From assembly GCA_964496635.1 (NCBI GenBank), contig CAZCAE010000003.1, forward strand, positions 51,658 through 115,657: 64,000 nt of DNA, in the 5' to 3' direction. The DNA is from an uncultured Spirochaeta sp. Its GTDB lineage: Bacteria; Spirochaetota; Spirochaetia; DSM-27196; Alkalispirochaetaceae. The notes below the pieces were generated by a model. It was not told the DNA's origin. It made no database searches and worked only from the letters and a program-made list of their open reading frames with translations. A program made the translations under genes and the position numbers. Below are positions 30,396-41,204 of this stretch, in pieces. Numbering within the stretch: the stretch's first letter is position 1; the number at the start of each line of letters is the position of its first letter.

Positions 30396-31412
30396 TCAGC
30401 GGGTACCGGTGCCGCCACGGACAAATGCATTGGATATCTTCAAAAAGACCGCTGGGTCTACAACATCCGTACCAAGCATTATGATGAAATCGAGGTGAGG
30501 CCCCGTAGAAATCCCTGTATTACCAAGCGTACCGATGCGTTCACCCTGAACGACGTCCTGCCCTTCCGTTACGAGAATACTTTGCATGTGGGAATAGCGC
30601 GTTCGAAACCCGTATTTATGCCGAATAAAAACGTAAAAACCGTACCCGGGGTCATACCCCATCTCGACTACCTTGCCATTTGCACTGGCAACAACGGGTA
30701 GCCCCGGTGTACCGGCGATGTCAATTCCCTTGTGCAGGTACCACTGTCCGGTAATAGGGTGAATATTGGGGCCGAACTCCATGGTCACACGACCCATTCC
30801 ATTTCCAACGGGCCAATAATTGGGAATATCCGTAAGAAAGGACTGTTGGGACTCCAGAACCGACCGAATCTCCCGCAGGGGATTTATGGCGCTCCGGAGT
30901 GTGGAGGCCAACTGCTGAAGGTCCTGAACCTCCCGGGACTGGCCGTCCCCAACGGTCTGAATATCGAAAAATGACGAGAGATCCCCCCGCGTTACAGCCG
31001 CCGGTGCGGATTCATCTCCCATTTGAATTCCCAGGCTGTTGACAGTGTCCACAAGTTCTTCATCAAAGGACCTCGCAACACTGAGCAGGTTACCCACCTC
31101 GGAAAGTACGGAGTCAAGATTTGCCTGAGACTGCAACGCTTTTGACTCCTGTTCATCAATAATAGCGGTAGTACCAACGTGAATACTGGACAGATATATG
31201 AACCCCCCCAGAACAGCACCGAAGAGACCGACCGCAAATATCAGAACCAGAGCATTAATATGAAAATTAAGCACCCCTCGCTCGGAATGGGGAATAAGCA
31301 TGATAGTAAAACGCTGGGTAAGAATACGCCAAAGCAAACGGAAAGGACCGTTTTTGGAGCGAGTTGTATGCTGCGTGACGGATCGCTTTCGGCGATACCC
31401 GGATGATCCCAC
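30396..31412 (-). CDS. M23 family peptidoglycan endopeptidase with TM anchor and coiled coil
   Basis: FTIMLIPHSE, TM, coiled coil, HKGIDIA (HxxxD), TRYSHM, GNTGISTGPHLDF. Confidence 0.9.
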   Translation of the reverse strand: MGSSGYRRKRSVTQHTTRSKNGPFRLLWRILTQRFTIMLIPHSERGVLNFHINALVLIFAVGLFGAVLGGFIYLSSIHVGTTAIIDEQESKALQSQANLDSVLSEVGNLLSVARSFDEELVDTVNSLGIQMGDESAPAAVTRGDLSSFFDIQTVGDGQSREVQDLQQLASTLRSAINPLREIRSVLESQQSFLTDIPNYWPVGNGMGRVTMEFGPNIHPITGQWYLHKGIDIAGTPGLPVVASANGKVVEMGYDPGYGFYVFIRHKYGFRTRYSHMQSILVTEGQDVVQGERIGTLGNTGISTGPHLDFIIMLGTDVVDPAVFLKISNAFVRGGTGTR

Positions 31413-31568
31413 GTATTCTCCTCGTTATTCACGATACCATAACTAATTATCGGCGTCAATCAATATAGAATTACACCTAAATTTTTCCACTCTTTCAAAG
31501 AATAACTTGACGGAAGATACCCACGGTGCTATGTTTGGGTTGTCCGAGACGGACAAATTCCTTTTTTT

Positions 31569-31577
31569 TGGTACAAT
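31569..31577 (+). promoter_or_regulatory. Extended -10 promoter for tatD
   Basis: TGgTACAAT, 4 nt before the ATG at 31582; no SD. Confidence 0.5.
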
Positions 31578-31581
31578 CAGT

Positions 31582-32355
31582 ATGAGATTATTTGATACTC
31601 ATGCTCATATAGGGTTGATCGACGAAGACCCTATTGAGCAGCTAATCGTAGCACAGGAAGCACGGCACGAAAACATCGACGGAATACTCAGCATCTGTAA
31701 TAATGTGCGAGATTTCTTTGATCTCTATGACAGTCTTAAGACTGCATCCAACGTCTATTTTGCCGTTGGTGTTTCACCGTCTGAAGTGACAAATCCCGGT
31801 AAGGACTGGGAAACTCAGGTGGAACGGGGCGCGTCACAACCACGAGTTGTCGCCATCGGTGAGACCGGTCTGGACTACTATCGCAAATTCGGCGACAAAG
31901 ATTCCCAGATTGAACTGTTCATTCGGCAGCTTGAACTGGCTACGAGGGTGAATAAGCCGGTGGTTATTCACAATCGTGATGCCGGTTCAGACGTCCTGGA
32001 GATTCTTCGCGAAAAGATACCGCCTCGGGGAGCTGTACTGCATTGCTACTCGGAGGATTGGGAATACGCCAAAAAGGCTCTCGAACTTCCTGTATATATT
32101 TCCTTTGCCGGGAATGTCACTTACCGAAACGCACGCAATCTCCACGAGACGGCCCGGAATATGCCGCTGGACAGGATGCTCATTGAAAGTGAGGCCCCTT
32201 TCATGGTGCCCGCCTCCCATCGGGGCGAGAGAAACAGGCCGATCTTTCTCCCGGAAACGGCAAAATTCCTGGCGCAGCTTCGGAATTTGGAAACGGAAGA
32301 GCTGGCCGAGCAGCTTTACACCAACAGTTGTGCCTTTTTCGGTCTGGACCCGTAA
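31582..32355 (+). CDS. tatD: TatD family nuclease
   Basis: LFDTHAH, VAIGETGLDYY, VIHNRDA, LHCYS, IESEAPF. Confidence 0.93.
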   Translation: MRLFDTHAHIGLIDEDPIEQLIVAQEARHENIDGILSICNNVRDFFDLYDSLKTASNVYFAVGVSPSEVTNPGKDWETQVERGASQPRVVAIGETGLDYYRKFGDKDSQIELFIRQLELATRVNKPVVIHNRDAGSDVLEILREKIPPRGAVLHCYSEDWEYAKKALELPVYISFAGNVTYRNARNLHETARNMPLDRMLIESEAPFMVPASHRGERNRPIFLPETAKFLAQLRNLETEELAEQLYTNSCAFFGLDP

Positions 32356-33077
32356 CGGAGAGCATACAGGAGTATTCCCGCGGCGACTGATACGTTGAGG
32401 GAGTCAACCGTCGATGAAAGGTTTTCGCGTCGGGGTATTTCCAGAACACCATCAATGACTTTTTCAAGCCCTTGGGAGATGCCCTTGCCTTCGCTTCCGA
32501 ATACGATCACCGTCGGGCTGTGGACCGGTACTTCCGATACATCGGCACCACCGGCATCGGCAGCGTATACCCAGTAGCCGTTCCTGCGGCACAGCTCAAG
32601 GGCCTGTCGAAGATTCGGGATATAGGAAACAGGTACGTACGACACCGCCCCTGCCGACGTCCTGGCAACAACATCACCACCGGTTGCACTTCGTCGCACA
32701 GGAATCAGAACCAGTGAAACATCAAACCAGTGACAGGAACGGAGAATTGCCCCCAGATTGTGGGGATCTGTAACATGATCCAAGGCGACTATCAGAGACG
32801 CAGGGTTATTCTTATTTGTCTGCAACCACGATTTGAAGTCTACCGACGGTGATACACCGTCGTCATCTTCAGCCACTTCGAAGACTGCTCCCCTTACGTC
32901 CCTTCCGGCGAGTCGATGAAGTTTTTCGGGCGAAACATATCGTACAGGTAGACCCCGCCGTGTTGCTTCATCTGCCAGCAGCTGATAGCGACTGTCTTTT
33001 CTCAAAAGATAAAGAACTCCGCGGGTACCGTTTCTCAGAGCACCCTCAATCGCATGTCGGCGGGTCAGCCATGACAT
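32316..33077 (-). CDS. rlmB: TrmH/SpoU family 23S rRNA methyltransferase (RlmB-like)
   Basis: LDHVTDPHNLGAILRS, VFGSEGKG, SLNVSVAAGILLY. Confidence 0.88.
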   Translation of the reverse strand: MSWLTRRHAIEGALRNGTRGVLYLLRKDSRYQLLADEATRRGLPVRYVSPEKLHRLAGRDVRGAVFEVAEDDDGVSPSVDFKSWLQTNKNNPASLIVALDHVTDPHNLGAILRSCHWFDVSLVLIPVRRSATGGDVVARTSAGAVSYVPVSYIPNLRQALELCRRNGYWVYAADAGGADVSEVPVHSPTVIVFGSEGKGISQGLEKVIDGVLEIPRRENLSSTVDSLNVSVAAGILLYALRYGSRPKKAQLLV

Positions 33078-33082
33078 GATAT

Positions 33083-33508
33083 TTACCGACCGAAGTCCCG
33101 AAGAAGGTCTACAACACCGTCATAGTCTGTATCACGTTCGTAACGCTCCACCCGGACACCGTCGTGCATGAATATCCACAGGTCGATGCGACCGTCGTAG
33201 TTTGTATCAAGTTCCTCCCGAATCAGAACTTCGTTCCGGTAATAGTAGAAGTCGTCCATAAGGCCGTCATTGTTAAAGTCGACTGCTTCGTAACGCTTGC
33301 GTCCGTTCACATCAAGCTTCAACGCGTAATCTGTACGACCGTCACCACTGGTATCTCCGGTGATCCATGTTGCATCATAGTCTTCAACGTTAAATATCCG
33401 CGGCGAATCTTCATCGGTTACCCGCTCCCGTTCAACTGCCTGGGCTCCGAGAAACGTAAATGTAAAAAGTGTGAGTAACAGGATCTGAACGAGTTGTTTT
33501 CTGTCCAC
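33083..33508 (-). CDS. Small exported protein with DxDxDG (EF-hand-like) repeats
   Basis: Signal peptide followed by DTSGDGRTD, DFNNDGLMD, DTNYDGRID, DTDYDGVVD. Confidence 0.75.
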   Translation of the reverse strand: MDRKQLVQILLLTLFTFTFLGAQAVERERVTDEDSPRIFNVEDYDATWITGDTSGDGRTDYALKLDVNGRKRYEAVDFNNDGLMDDFYYYRNEVLIREELDTNYDGRIDLWIFMHDGVRVERYERDTDYDGVVDLLRDFGR

Positions 33509-33558
33509 ATCTCCCCCTTAATACCGTTATCGGCTTTCAGGAGGATTCGGTTAAGCTG

Positions 33559-34689
33559 TTACAACTCTTTCAGCGGTATCGGATCCGGTGACCCATTTTC
33601 CCCTTCCAAGGCGGCAAAATCCTTGAGAAGAATTTTTGCTTTTCCGGAAATGTGTTTTGGCACCTGAACCTGCAACTTGATGTACAGATCACCTCTTCGA
33701 CTTCCGTTCATCATAGGAATACCTTCGTTTCGGAGGCGCAGTGTCTTTCCGTGCTGAGTACCCGGGGGAATTTTCACCTTTACTCGTTTCCCATCGAGAG
33801 TCGGCACCTGTATGTCCGTTCCAAGGGCGGCCTGGGTAAAACTGATCGGAACGGCACAGTACAGGTCGTTACCCTGTCGTTCAAAGTGCCGATGCGGCAA
33901 TACATGGACAATGACGTGAATATCTCCAGGCTCACCTCCGCCCCTGGCCGCATCTCCCTGTCGGGGAATTGTGATTCGCTGTCCGTGGGCAATACCGGCC
34001 GGAATGGTCACCTTGACCCGCTGTCGCTTTTTGACGACACCGCTGCCGCCGCAACTGTCGCAGGGTTGTTCCACAACCGTTCCGTCGCCACCACAGGTTG
34101 GACACACCGACGCTACGGAAAAAAAGCCGCTGCTTCGGCGCACCTGCCCGGCACCACCACAAGTCGGGCAGGTTTTACGCCCGCTTCCGGAAGAAGCTCC
34201 GGTACCATCACAGCTTTCACAGGATGTTTCCCGTTCATACGCGATTTCCGCTTTCGTACCAAAGGCTGCATCGGTGAAGGAAATTTCCAGGTCATAACGC
34301 AGGTCGGAACCTCGGGGTGGACCACCCCGTCCCCGAGATGAACGCCCACGCGACCCACCGCCGCCGCCGAAGAAGGACTCGAAGATACCGGAAAAATCAC
34401 CGAAAATGTCTTCAAAATCCCGGAAAGCTGAAGATGAAAAGCCTTGAGCCCCGCCGCTCATTCCTTCCAGCCCGGCAAAACCGTATTGATCGTAGGCACG
34501 GCGTTTTTCCACGTTAGCCAGGACCTCGTACGCTTCGGTAGCTTCCTTGAACGTGTCCTCAGCTTCCTTGTTACCCGGATTCCGATCCGGATGATTCTGA
34601 ACAGCTATCTTGCGGTACGCCTTCTTGATGTCGTCAACTGAGGCGTCCCGGGCCACCCCGAGAACCTCATAATAATCTCGTTTTGCCAA
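33559..34689 (-). CDS. dnaJ: Chaperone DnaJ
   Basis: J-domain with HPD, G/F region, four CxxCxGxG motifs. Confidence 0.98.
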   Translation of the reverse strand: MAKRDYYEVLGVARDASVDDIKKAYRKIAVQNHPDRNPGNKEAEDTFKEATEAYEVLANVEKRRAYDQYGFAGLEGMSGGAQGFSSSAFRDFEDIFGDFSGIFESFFGGGGGSRGRSSRGRGGPPRGSDLRYDLEISFTDAAFGTKAEIAYERETSCESCDGTGASSGSGRKTCPTCGGAGQVRRSSGFFSVASVCPTCGGDGTVVEQPCDSCGGSGVVKKRQRVKVTIPAGIAHGQRITIPRQGDAARGGGEPGDIHVIVHVLPHRHFERQGNDLYCAVPISFTQAALGTDIQVPTLDGKRVKVKIPPGTQHGKTLRLRNEGIPMMNGSRRGDLYIKLQVQVPKHISGKAKILLKDFAALEGENGSPDPIPLKEL

Positions 34690-34709
34690 AGCTCACACGC
34701 TCCGGAACA

Positions 34710-36659
34710 TCAGGATTTGTCGTCGTCGTCGACAACTTCGTAATCCACATCCTCTACGTTATCGTCGGACGCTCCGGAACCTGTACCGGTCGAGCCGTTT
34801 TCCGGTCGTTCCGGATCGGCTCCCGTTGAAGTGTCACCGGCCTGTTCCTGTTGAGTCTTGTAGACCTCCTCGGCCAGTTTGTACGATGCCTGTTTCAACT
34901 CTTCCGTCTTTGCCTTGATAGCTTCAACGTCGTCGCCATCCATGATACCTCGAAGAGCTTCAATGGCGGATTCGATGTTCTTACGGTCGTCATCGGTAAT
35001 CTTGTCCCCATAGTCTTTCATACTCTTTTCGGTAGCATAGATAAGACTGTCCGCCTCATTTCGAGCCTCGATTTTGCCCTTCAGTTGCTTATCCTGCTCG
35101 GCATTCTCTTCAGCGTCCTTGACCATTCGCTCTATCTCATCTTCCGAGAGACCGCTGGACGACTCGATCCGGATTTTCTGTTCCTTGTTAGTGGCAGTAT
35201 CCTTGGCGGAGACATGAAGTATACCGTTGGCATCAATATCAAAGGTAACCTCGATTTGCGGAACACCCCTGGGAGCCGGTGGAATACCTACCAGGTCAAA
35301 ACGGCCGAGCGTTCGGTTCTGGTTGGCCATTTCACGTTCACCCTGGAGCACGTGAATGGACACAGCGGTCTGATTATCTGCCGCGGTCGAGAATATCTGG
35401 CTCTTCTTGGTTGGGATGGTAGTATTCCGCTCTATCAACTTTGTAAAGACACCTCCCAACGTTTCTATTCCAAGTGAAAGCGGTGTCACGTCAAGAAGAA
35501 TCATGTCTTTGACGTCACCGGCAAGGATACCACCCTGGATGGCGGCGCCCATCGCTACCACCTCGTCGGGATTAACCCCCTTGTGTGGATCCCGCTTGAA
35601 TATATCCTTAACGATGCGTTGTACCGCCGGTATCCGTGTAGAACCGCCTACCAGTATGACTTCGTCGATCTCTTCAGCGGAGATCCCGGCGTCTTTGATC
35701 GCCTGCAGACAGGGCCCCTTAGTGCGTTCAACCAGATCAGCGGTCATCTTTTCAAAGGTTGCCCGGTTAAGAGTGTACTGGAGATGCTTGGGTCCACTTG
35801 AATCGGCCGTTATGAAGGGAAGATTTATGTCGGTACTTTGAGTAGACGAAAGCTCTTTTTTTGCCTTTTCTGCAGCCTCCTTCAGACGCTGCAGGGCCAT
35901 CCGGTCCTTGGAAAGGTCGATTCCCTGTTCATTTTTGAACTGCTCTACCAGCCAGTCAATGACTTTTTGGTCGAAATCGTCACCGCCGAGATGGGTATCA
36001 CCGTTGGTACTCTTGACTTCAAATACCCCATCCCCCAGCTCAAGGATCGAAATATCAAAGGTGCCACCACCGAGGTCATATACAGCTATCCGCTCGTCCT
36101 TGGTGTCGTCACCAAATCCGTAAGCCAGCGCCGCCGCCGTCGGTTCATTGACGATACGTTTCACATCGAGACCGGCTATACGACCGGCATCTTTCGTCGC
36201 CTGTCGCTGGGAGTCGTTGAAATATGCCGGAACGGTAATCACCGCTTCCGTGACTTTTTCACCGAGGTAATCTTCAGCAGTTTCTTTCATTTTCTGAAGG
36301 ATAGCTGCGGAAATTTCCGGCGGCGAATACTGCTTGCCTGAGATTTCTACACGAACACCATCGTTGTTATCCTTGGATATTTTGTAGGGCACCATACTGA
36401 TTTCTTCGCTGACTTCAGTGTATCGCCGGCCCACGAAACGCTTTATTGAAAATATGGTGTTCTCCGGGTTTGTAACCATTTGGTTTTTGGCGGGCTGCCC
36501 GACCAGTCGCTCAACGTTATCACCCTTCTTTACGAAAGCCACCATAGAGGGGGTGGTACGCTGACCTTCAGAGTTCTGTAATACTTCCGACTCTCCACCC
36601 TCAATTACCGCTACGCACGAGTTGGTTGTTCCCAAGTCGATCCCAATTATCTTACCCAT
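34710..36659 (-). CDS. dnaK: Chaperone DnaK
   Basis: [28 protein letters not shown]. Confidence 0.99.
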   Translation of the reverse strand: MGKIIGIDLGTTNSCVAVIEGGESEVLQNSEGQRTTPSMVAFVKKGDNVERLVGQPAKNQMVTNPENTIFSIKRFVGRRYTEVSEEISMVPYKISKDNNDGVRVEISGKQYSPPEISAAILQKMKETAEDYLGEKVTEAVITVPAYFNDSQRQATKDAGRIAGLDVKRIVNEPTAAALAYGFGDDTKDERIAVYDLGGGTFDISILELGDGVFEVKSTNGDTHLGGDDFDQKVIDWLVEQFKNEQGIDLSKDRMALQRLKEAAEKAKKELSSTQSTDINLPFITADSSGPKHLQYTLNRATFEKMTADLVERTKGPCLQAIKDAGISAEEIDEVILVGGSTRIPAVQRIVKDIFKRDPHKGVNPDEVVAMGAAIQGGILAGDVKDMILLDVTPLSLGIETLGGVFTKLIERNTTIPTKKSQIFSTAADNQTAVSIHVLQGEREMANQNRTLGRFDLVGIPPAPRGVPQIEVTFDIDANGILHVSAKDTATNKEQKIRIESSSGLSEDEIERMVKDAEENAEQDKQLKGKIEARNEADSLIYATEKSMKDYGDKITDDDRKNIESAIEALRGIMDGDDVEAIKAKTEELKQASYKLAEEVYKTQQEQAGDTSTGADPERPENGSTGTGSGASDDNVEDVDYEVVDDDDKS

Positions 36660-36678
36660 ACGTCATTTCTCCTTTTGT

Positions 36679-37347
36679 TTATTCCGTATCACCGGCAGGC
36701 ATGGACACTTTCACCTTTGCGGGTCTCAATACTCGGTCATGGAGCATATACCCTTTCTGGTAATCCTCCAGAACAACCGATTCGCGGTGATCATCTCGCG
36801 GCTCCGTAGTGACCGCTTCGTGTTTTTGCGGATCAAATACTTCACCTTCCGAGTCAAAGCGATTCAGCCCCCATTTGCGTTCCAACATTCCGGTCAGCTG
36901 AGTTTCTATGAGCACGATCCCGTCATGAAAGGAATCGTAGTCCTGAGACTCTTCAGCGGAACGGATTGCACGTTCAAAATCATCAATGATTGATGTCATG
37001 TCAAGAAGAATCTGCTGATTGGAGAACTGAACGGCGTTTTCCTTGTCCCTGACCATGCGTTTTCTGTAGTTCTCAAAGTCTGCCTGCTTCCGGAGGTACT
37101 GGTTCTTCAATTCAGTGTTCTCTTCCTCAAGTTGTTGGATCCGAGCAAGAAGGATATCTCCAGTCTCTTCCCCGCCTGTTCCGGTGTCCTGATCGCTATC
37201 CTTCGTCTCTTCTCCGACATTCTCGTCGGTGGCCGTATCGGGCTGTTCAGAACCAGACGATTCCGTGTTTGCACCTTCAACGGATGATTCACCGGATTCG
37301 GTTTGAGCGTCTGCTTCTACCGGACCCGATTTCTCCTGTTCTGCCAT
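36679..37347 (-). CDS. grpE: Nucleotide exchange factor GrpE
   Basis: LRKQADFENYRKR, FDPQKHEAV, GYMLHDRVLRPAKVKV. Confidence 0.97.
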   Translation of the reverse strand: MAEQEKSGPVEADAQTESGESSVEGANTESSGSEQPDTATDENVGEETKDSDQDTGTGGEETGDILLARIQQLEEENTELKNQYLRKQADFENYRKRMVRDKENAVQFSNQQILLDMTSIIDDFERAIRSAEESQDYDSFHDGIVLIETQLTGMLERKWGLNRFDSEGEVFDPQKHEAVTTEPRDDHRESVVLEDYQKGYMLHDRVLRPAKVKVSMPAGDTE

Positions 37348-37439
37348 AAAGTTCCTCTATGCTGTCTGTTCTTTTGATTGAGAAGAAAATACAAACACCC
37401 GGAGCATCCGTCAACCGCTACCGGAACAATACTTGTGTA

Positions 37440-40400
37440 CTACTTCTTACCGGTCAGTTCGAGGATCAGCTCTACTTCTCCTTTACTGACTTTGGTTGCC
37501 CTGGCTATCTCGTCGACCTTCCATCCCTGGTGGGCCAGCTTCTGCACCGTTTCCCGGGCCGACATAGAAGGCGCACCCCCGTCCACCGGACTTTTTCGGG
37601 TCTCCTCACGCATAAGCGATCCAAGCAGTTTCACCTGCTCTCCCGCATCCCGACGAATCTCTTCCAGCCGGGTTTCCGTCCGTGCAAGCCATTCCCGGGC
37701 GGTCTGCAGCTCTTTCATCCGGGACTCGACATCCGCAAGAGTCTGTTCCAGCCGGGCCAGTTGTCCCACCGCCTGATCGGTCTCTTTTTTCGCGCCCGCA
37801 ACCTTACGCAACTGGCCTGCAAGCGCGTTTACAGTGCCCGGCATCGACTCTATCCGGCCGGTCAGTTCTTCCATGCGCGTCTCAATCGCCGCCAGAGCCT
37901 GGCTGTTTGATTCCAATCCGTCAGCTGTCTGATCAATCAGGGAGCGTCGTTTTTCCAGGCGATCGAACCGCGACTCGACCTCTGTTTCAAGTTCGTCGAG
38001 ACTCTTCAATCGAGCCATAATTTCCTGAAGCTGTTCATCGCTGTTCCCGACGTGATCTATTTTCTGTTCCACCGATTGGGCAAGACCTATTAGCCGCCTG
38101 TAATCCTCTTCCAGAAGGTCTATCCGGCGCTTGTCCGCCGCAAAACGTGCCATTTTCTCACCCGCCTCGGCAGACATTTTGCGAATCTTCGTGAACTGTC
38201 CTTCAATGTCCCGAACTTCGTTGCGGAGCCCCTCTACCCGGGCAATTTCGTTTTTCAGCTCTTCAATGCTGTCGGTCAGGGACGCTTTCAATGTATCCGC
38301 GCGTTCGAAGATTTTGGTCTGTTCAATGAATGCTCTCTGCCGCTTGTCAATCTCAGTCAGTGTCGTATCAAGGGTACGAGCTTCTTCTTCCAGTTTTCCC
38401 AAAAGACGCTCACGCATAGCCTGAAACTGTCCACGGGTATCCTCTACCAGATCCCGAAACTCGGTAGAGCGCTCGTCCAGACGTTCCGTTACCGTTGTCT
38501 CGTGGTTCTCAATATTTTGTCGCAGCGAGCGGTATTGATCCTGGAATTCGTCGATCGCCTGGCGGGAAAGAGTTTCCATGCGATTATCCAGTTTTTCCAG
38601 AGAGCCGTGAATCTCATCAAGATCGCTTCGGATGCGAGACCGCTCTTCCCGGCTCTCTTCCACCAGTTCTTCCCGCTCTTCGCCGAACTCGCGCTTCAAC
38701 TCCTGCAGGTTTTCCGAGAGCCGCACCTTCGTGTCGGCCAGCTGGTTGTTGACGTCGGCACTGCTGGACCGCAACTGGTTCAGAACTTCCGTCTGCCAGA
38801 CCGCAATATCGCTGCGAGAAGATTCAATCATGCTTTCCAGCTCGCCGGTACCGTTTTTCACGGAGGAACGTATCGCTCCGATCTGGCCGTCTACCTCAGA
38901 CTCGAAAGCTCGCAGTTCTTCCCGAGCCTTATCGTCGGCCTGAGAAAACTCTTTCCTGAACGTCTGAAAGGAGCGTTCCTTCAGAGAATCCAATTCCTCC
39001 CTGATGGAAGTTTCGAATCCAGCAATCTGTTCATCCACCGCTTCCATTCGTGACTGAAGACCACTTCTGAATGAATCGATCTGCTCATCGGACTTGTTGA
39101 GCTGGCCGGTAATTTGCTCCTGAAATTGAAAAATACGTGAACGAAGCTCATCATTGTACTGCTCTTCCAGGGCGGCCCGCTCCCGGTCTCCGGTCTCCCG
39201 GATGGAGGCGAGACGGTTGTCAACGTCCTGACGCCATTGCTCTATGCGGCCGTCCATAGCGTCGGAACGTGTCCGCAGGTCCGTAAAAAACTCGTCTTCA
39301 AAGACTTTCAGTTTTTCACTGACATTTTCGTACGCCCGTTGCTTCAGCTCATTCAGTCCGTTCTCAAGCTCGTCCATAGCTTGTCGAAGGGTATCCATGG
39401 CCGCTTCCGCCTCACCTCTGTCCTGTTCACGAAGCTCGCGAAGTTCCTCACCAAATGCAAGAAAGTCACCCCGCACACGTTCGCTGATTCGGTCCATAGT
39501 CGTCCGGAGTTGCTGTTCCAACTGGTCTATATCGCTGTTTACACTTTCAATCTTGGTGAAACGGTAATTCAAACCTTTTTCATAGTCTTCCAGTCTACGT
39601 TCCAGGTCCGACAAAATCCGCGTCTCCATTTCCTGGGCGGTTCCGTCAATTCGGCTGGACAACCGGTTTTCCATATCCGTTATATCCCGCTCCGCCGTTG
39701 ATGCCGCCGAGGCGAGCTTATCTGTCGCATCGATGAGACGCCGCCGTTCCGTCTCGATTTCGGCCGCAGTCTGGCGGGTATGCTCCTCAAGACGTTCCCG
39801 AATAGCCTGAGTACGTTCATCTACGGACTGATCAAGGGTGCCGACTCGTTCATTGAGGGTGTGAATCGCTTCGTCGATGCGGGAAGTCGATTTTTCCACA
39901 TCAGACGACAGATTCTGAAACGTATCGGTGATAGTCGAAATCTCCGATGCAAGCTCCGATTTTGTTCGGGACACCCGGCTTTCAATCTCTCCGGAAATCT
40001 CTTCCAGCCGGGAGGTAAGTTCTTCGTCTATCTTGCCATGGCCATCATTCAGGGATTCCCGAAGGTCCGCCAGCCGACGGCTATTTTCCCCGTCAAGCTC
40101 ATCGGCACGCTGGGCCAACTCCCTGCGAAGCACATCACTCTGCCGGTCAATATGTTCCCGCAGTGCCGTGAATGATTCCGTCTCCAGACTTTTACCCTGT
40201 TCGGCCAGGTCGTCAAGGCGACTACGGGCATCAAAAACGGACTGTTCAAGGGATTCCTGTAGAGCGTGGACCATCTGCTCGCTCTCCGCCTGAAACTCCC
40301 GGCCACGTTCCTCCGCTCTGTCGATAACTTCACGAATTTCCTGACTGCGAGTCTCCACATCACGGACGGTGGCACCGGCAATAGAGGCAACGGCATCCCG

Positions 40401-41090
40401 AGCGTCGGCATTAAGAGATTCGTAGAGCTCTTCCAGTTCCCGTCTCGACCGAGTCGCAAACTCCTCCGTTTCCCCTTGAAGGCGAACCACCTCTTCCTGA
40501 AATTCCTGTACCCGTGTTCCTGCACCTTCAACACGACTGGTCAACACCTTTACCCGCTCTTCGCTGGAGGTAAAGAACCTCTCTTCAAGTTGACCCAGGC
40601 GTTCTTCGTTCTGCTTTTCGAATCCCGAGACTATACCCGGAAGAGACCGTTCCAGTTCACCGATCTTGTCCTGGGTTGCCTTGATGCGCTTGCCCACCTT
40701 GTCAACGTACTCACTCTCATCTCTGACACGTCCGATATTTTCCTCGGTACGTCTGGTCATCTCTACCAGCTGGTCCAGGACATTTTCATACTGTGTCAAT
40801 CGGGTGCCGATCTCTTCCAGGCTGCCTGTTCGGGAATTGAGATCGTCTTCTACCGCATGTATACGCTTCAGAACTTCCTTTGCCGCTTTCTGGTGGACAT
40901 CAACTTCGATACCGATATCCTTGAGCATCGTGACCTTCTCAGCCACGATTTCGTCCATCTCACCCTGAACACGTTCCACGAAACGTTTTACTTTTTCCAA
41001 CGATCGGTTGTTCCGGTCGGCCTGGCGGTACACCGCGAGAATGACCACCACGACCAGCAGAACAATAATATCGCCGATGGTAAATCCCAT
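37440..41090 (-). CDS. Spirochaete-type long coiled-coil protein with N-terminal TM (SpiroCoCo-like)
   Basis: ATG at 41090 after GAGGGA. N-terminal TM then YRQADRNNRSLEKVKRF, about 1100 aa heptad-rich, C-terminal HTH-like GWKVDEIARATKVSKGEVELILE. Confidence 0.85.
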   Translation of the reverse strand: MGFTIGDIIVLLVVVVILAVYRQADRNNRSLEKVKRFVERVQGEMDEIVAEKVTMLKDIGIEVDVHQKAAKEVLKRIHAVEDDLNSRTGSLEEIGTRLTQYENVLDQLVEMTRRTEENIGRVRDESEYVDKVGKRIKATQDKIGELERSLPGIVSGFEKQNEERLGQLEERFFTSSEERVKVLTSRVEGAGTRVQEFQEEVVRLQGETEEFATRSRRELEELYESLNADARDAVASIAGATVRDVETRSQEIREVIDRAEERGREFQAESEQMVHALQESLEQSVFDARSRLDDLAEQGKSLETESFTALREHIDRQSDVLRRELAQRADELDGENSRRLADLRESLNDGHGKIDEELTSRLEEISGEIESRVSRTKSELASEISTITDTFQNLSSDVEKSTSRIDEAIHTLNERVGTLDQSVDERTQAIRERLEEHTRQTAAEIETERRRLIDATDKLASAASTAERDITDMENRLSSRIDGTAQEMETRILSDLERRLEDYEKGLNYRFTKIESVNSDIDQLEQQLRTTMDRISERVRGDFLAFGEELRELREQDRGEAEAAMDTLRQAMDELENGLNELKQRAYENVSEKLKVFEDEFFTDLRTRSDAMDGRIEQWRQDVDNRLASIRETGDRERAALEEQYNDELRSRIFQFQEQITGQLNKSDEQIDSFRSGLQSRMEAVDEQIAGFETSIREELDSLKERSFQTFRKEFSQADDKAREELRAFESEVDGQIGAIRSSVKNGTGELESMIESSRSDIAVWQTEVLNQLRSSSADVNNQLADTKVRLSENLQELKREFGEEREELVEESREERSRIRSDLDEIHGSLEKLDNRMETLSRQAIDEFQDQYRSLRQNIENHETTVTERLDERSTEFRDLVEDTRGQFQAMRERLLGKLEEEARTLDTTLTEIDKRQRAFIEQTKIFERADTLKASLTDSIEELKNEIARVEGLRNEVRDIEGQFTKIRKMSAEAGEKMARFAADKRRIDLLEEDYRRLIGLAQSVEQKIDHVGNSDEQLQEIMARLKSLDELETEVESRFDRLEKRRSLIDQTADGLESNSQALAAIETRMEELTGRIESMPGTVNALAGQLRKVAGAKKETDQAVGQLARLEQTLADVESRMKELQTAREWLARTETRLEEIRRDAGEQVKLLGSLMREETRKSPVDGGAPSMSARETVQKLAHQGWKVDEIARATKVSKGEVELILELTGKK

Positions 41091-41121
41091 AATTCCCTCT
41101 CCCAGTTCCCAGTTGCCCAAT

Positions 41122-41149
41122 AGTATAGCACTTTTGTTCGTGCTGTGAA
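41122..41149 (-). promoter_or_regulatory. Extended -10 promoter upstream of the coiled-coil gene
   Basis: TTCACA-N16-TATACT with TGn extension. Confidence 0.5.
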
Positions 41150-41204
41150 TCATCCATGCACTTTGGACGAACCGGAGATGTTATCTTTTCGTTACTATTT
41201 ACCG

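Noticed and set aside
32170-32210. TatD motif ESEAP instead of ETDAP as an inactivation
   Set aside because: A conservative acidic change with the other metal ligands intact; not enough evidence.
41124-41146. AGCAC-N8-GTGCT inverted repeat as a CIRCE element
   Set aside because: Spacing and flanks do not match TTAGCACTC-N9-GAGTGCTAA, it is 3.8 kb from grpE, and it overlaps an extended -10 promoter.
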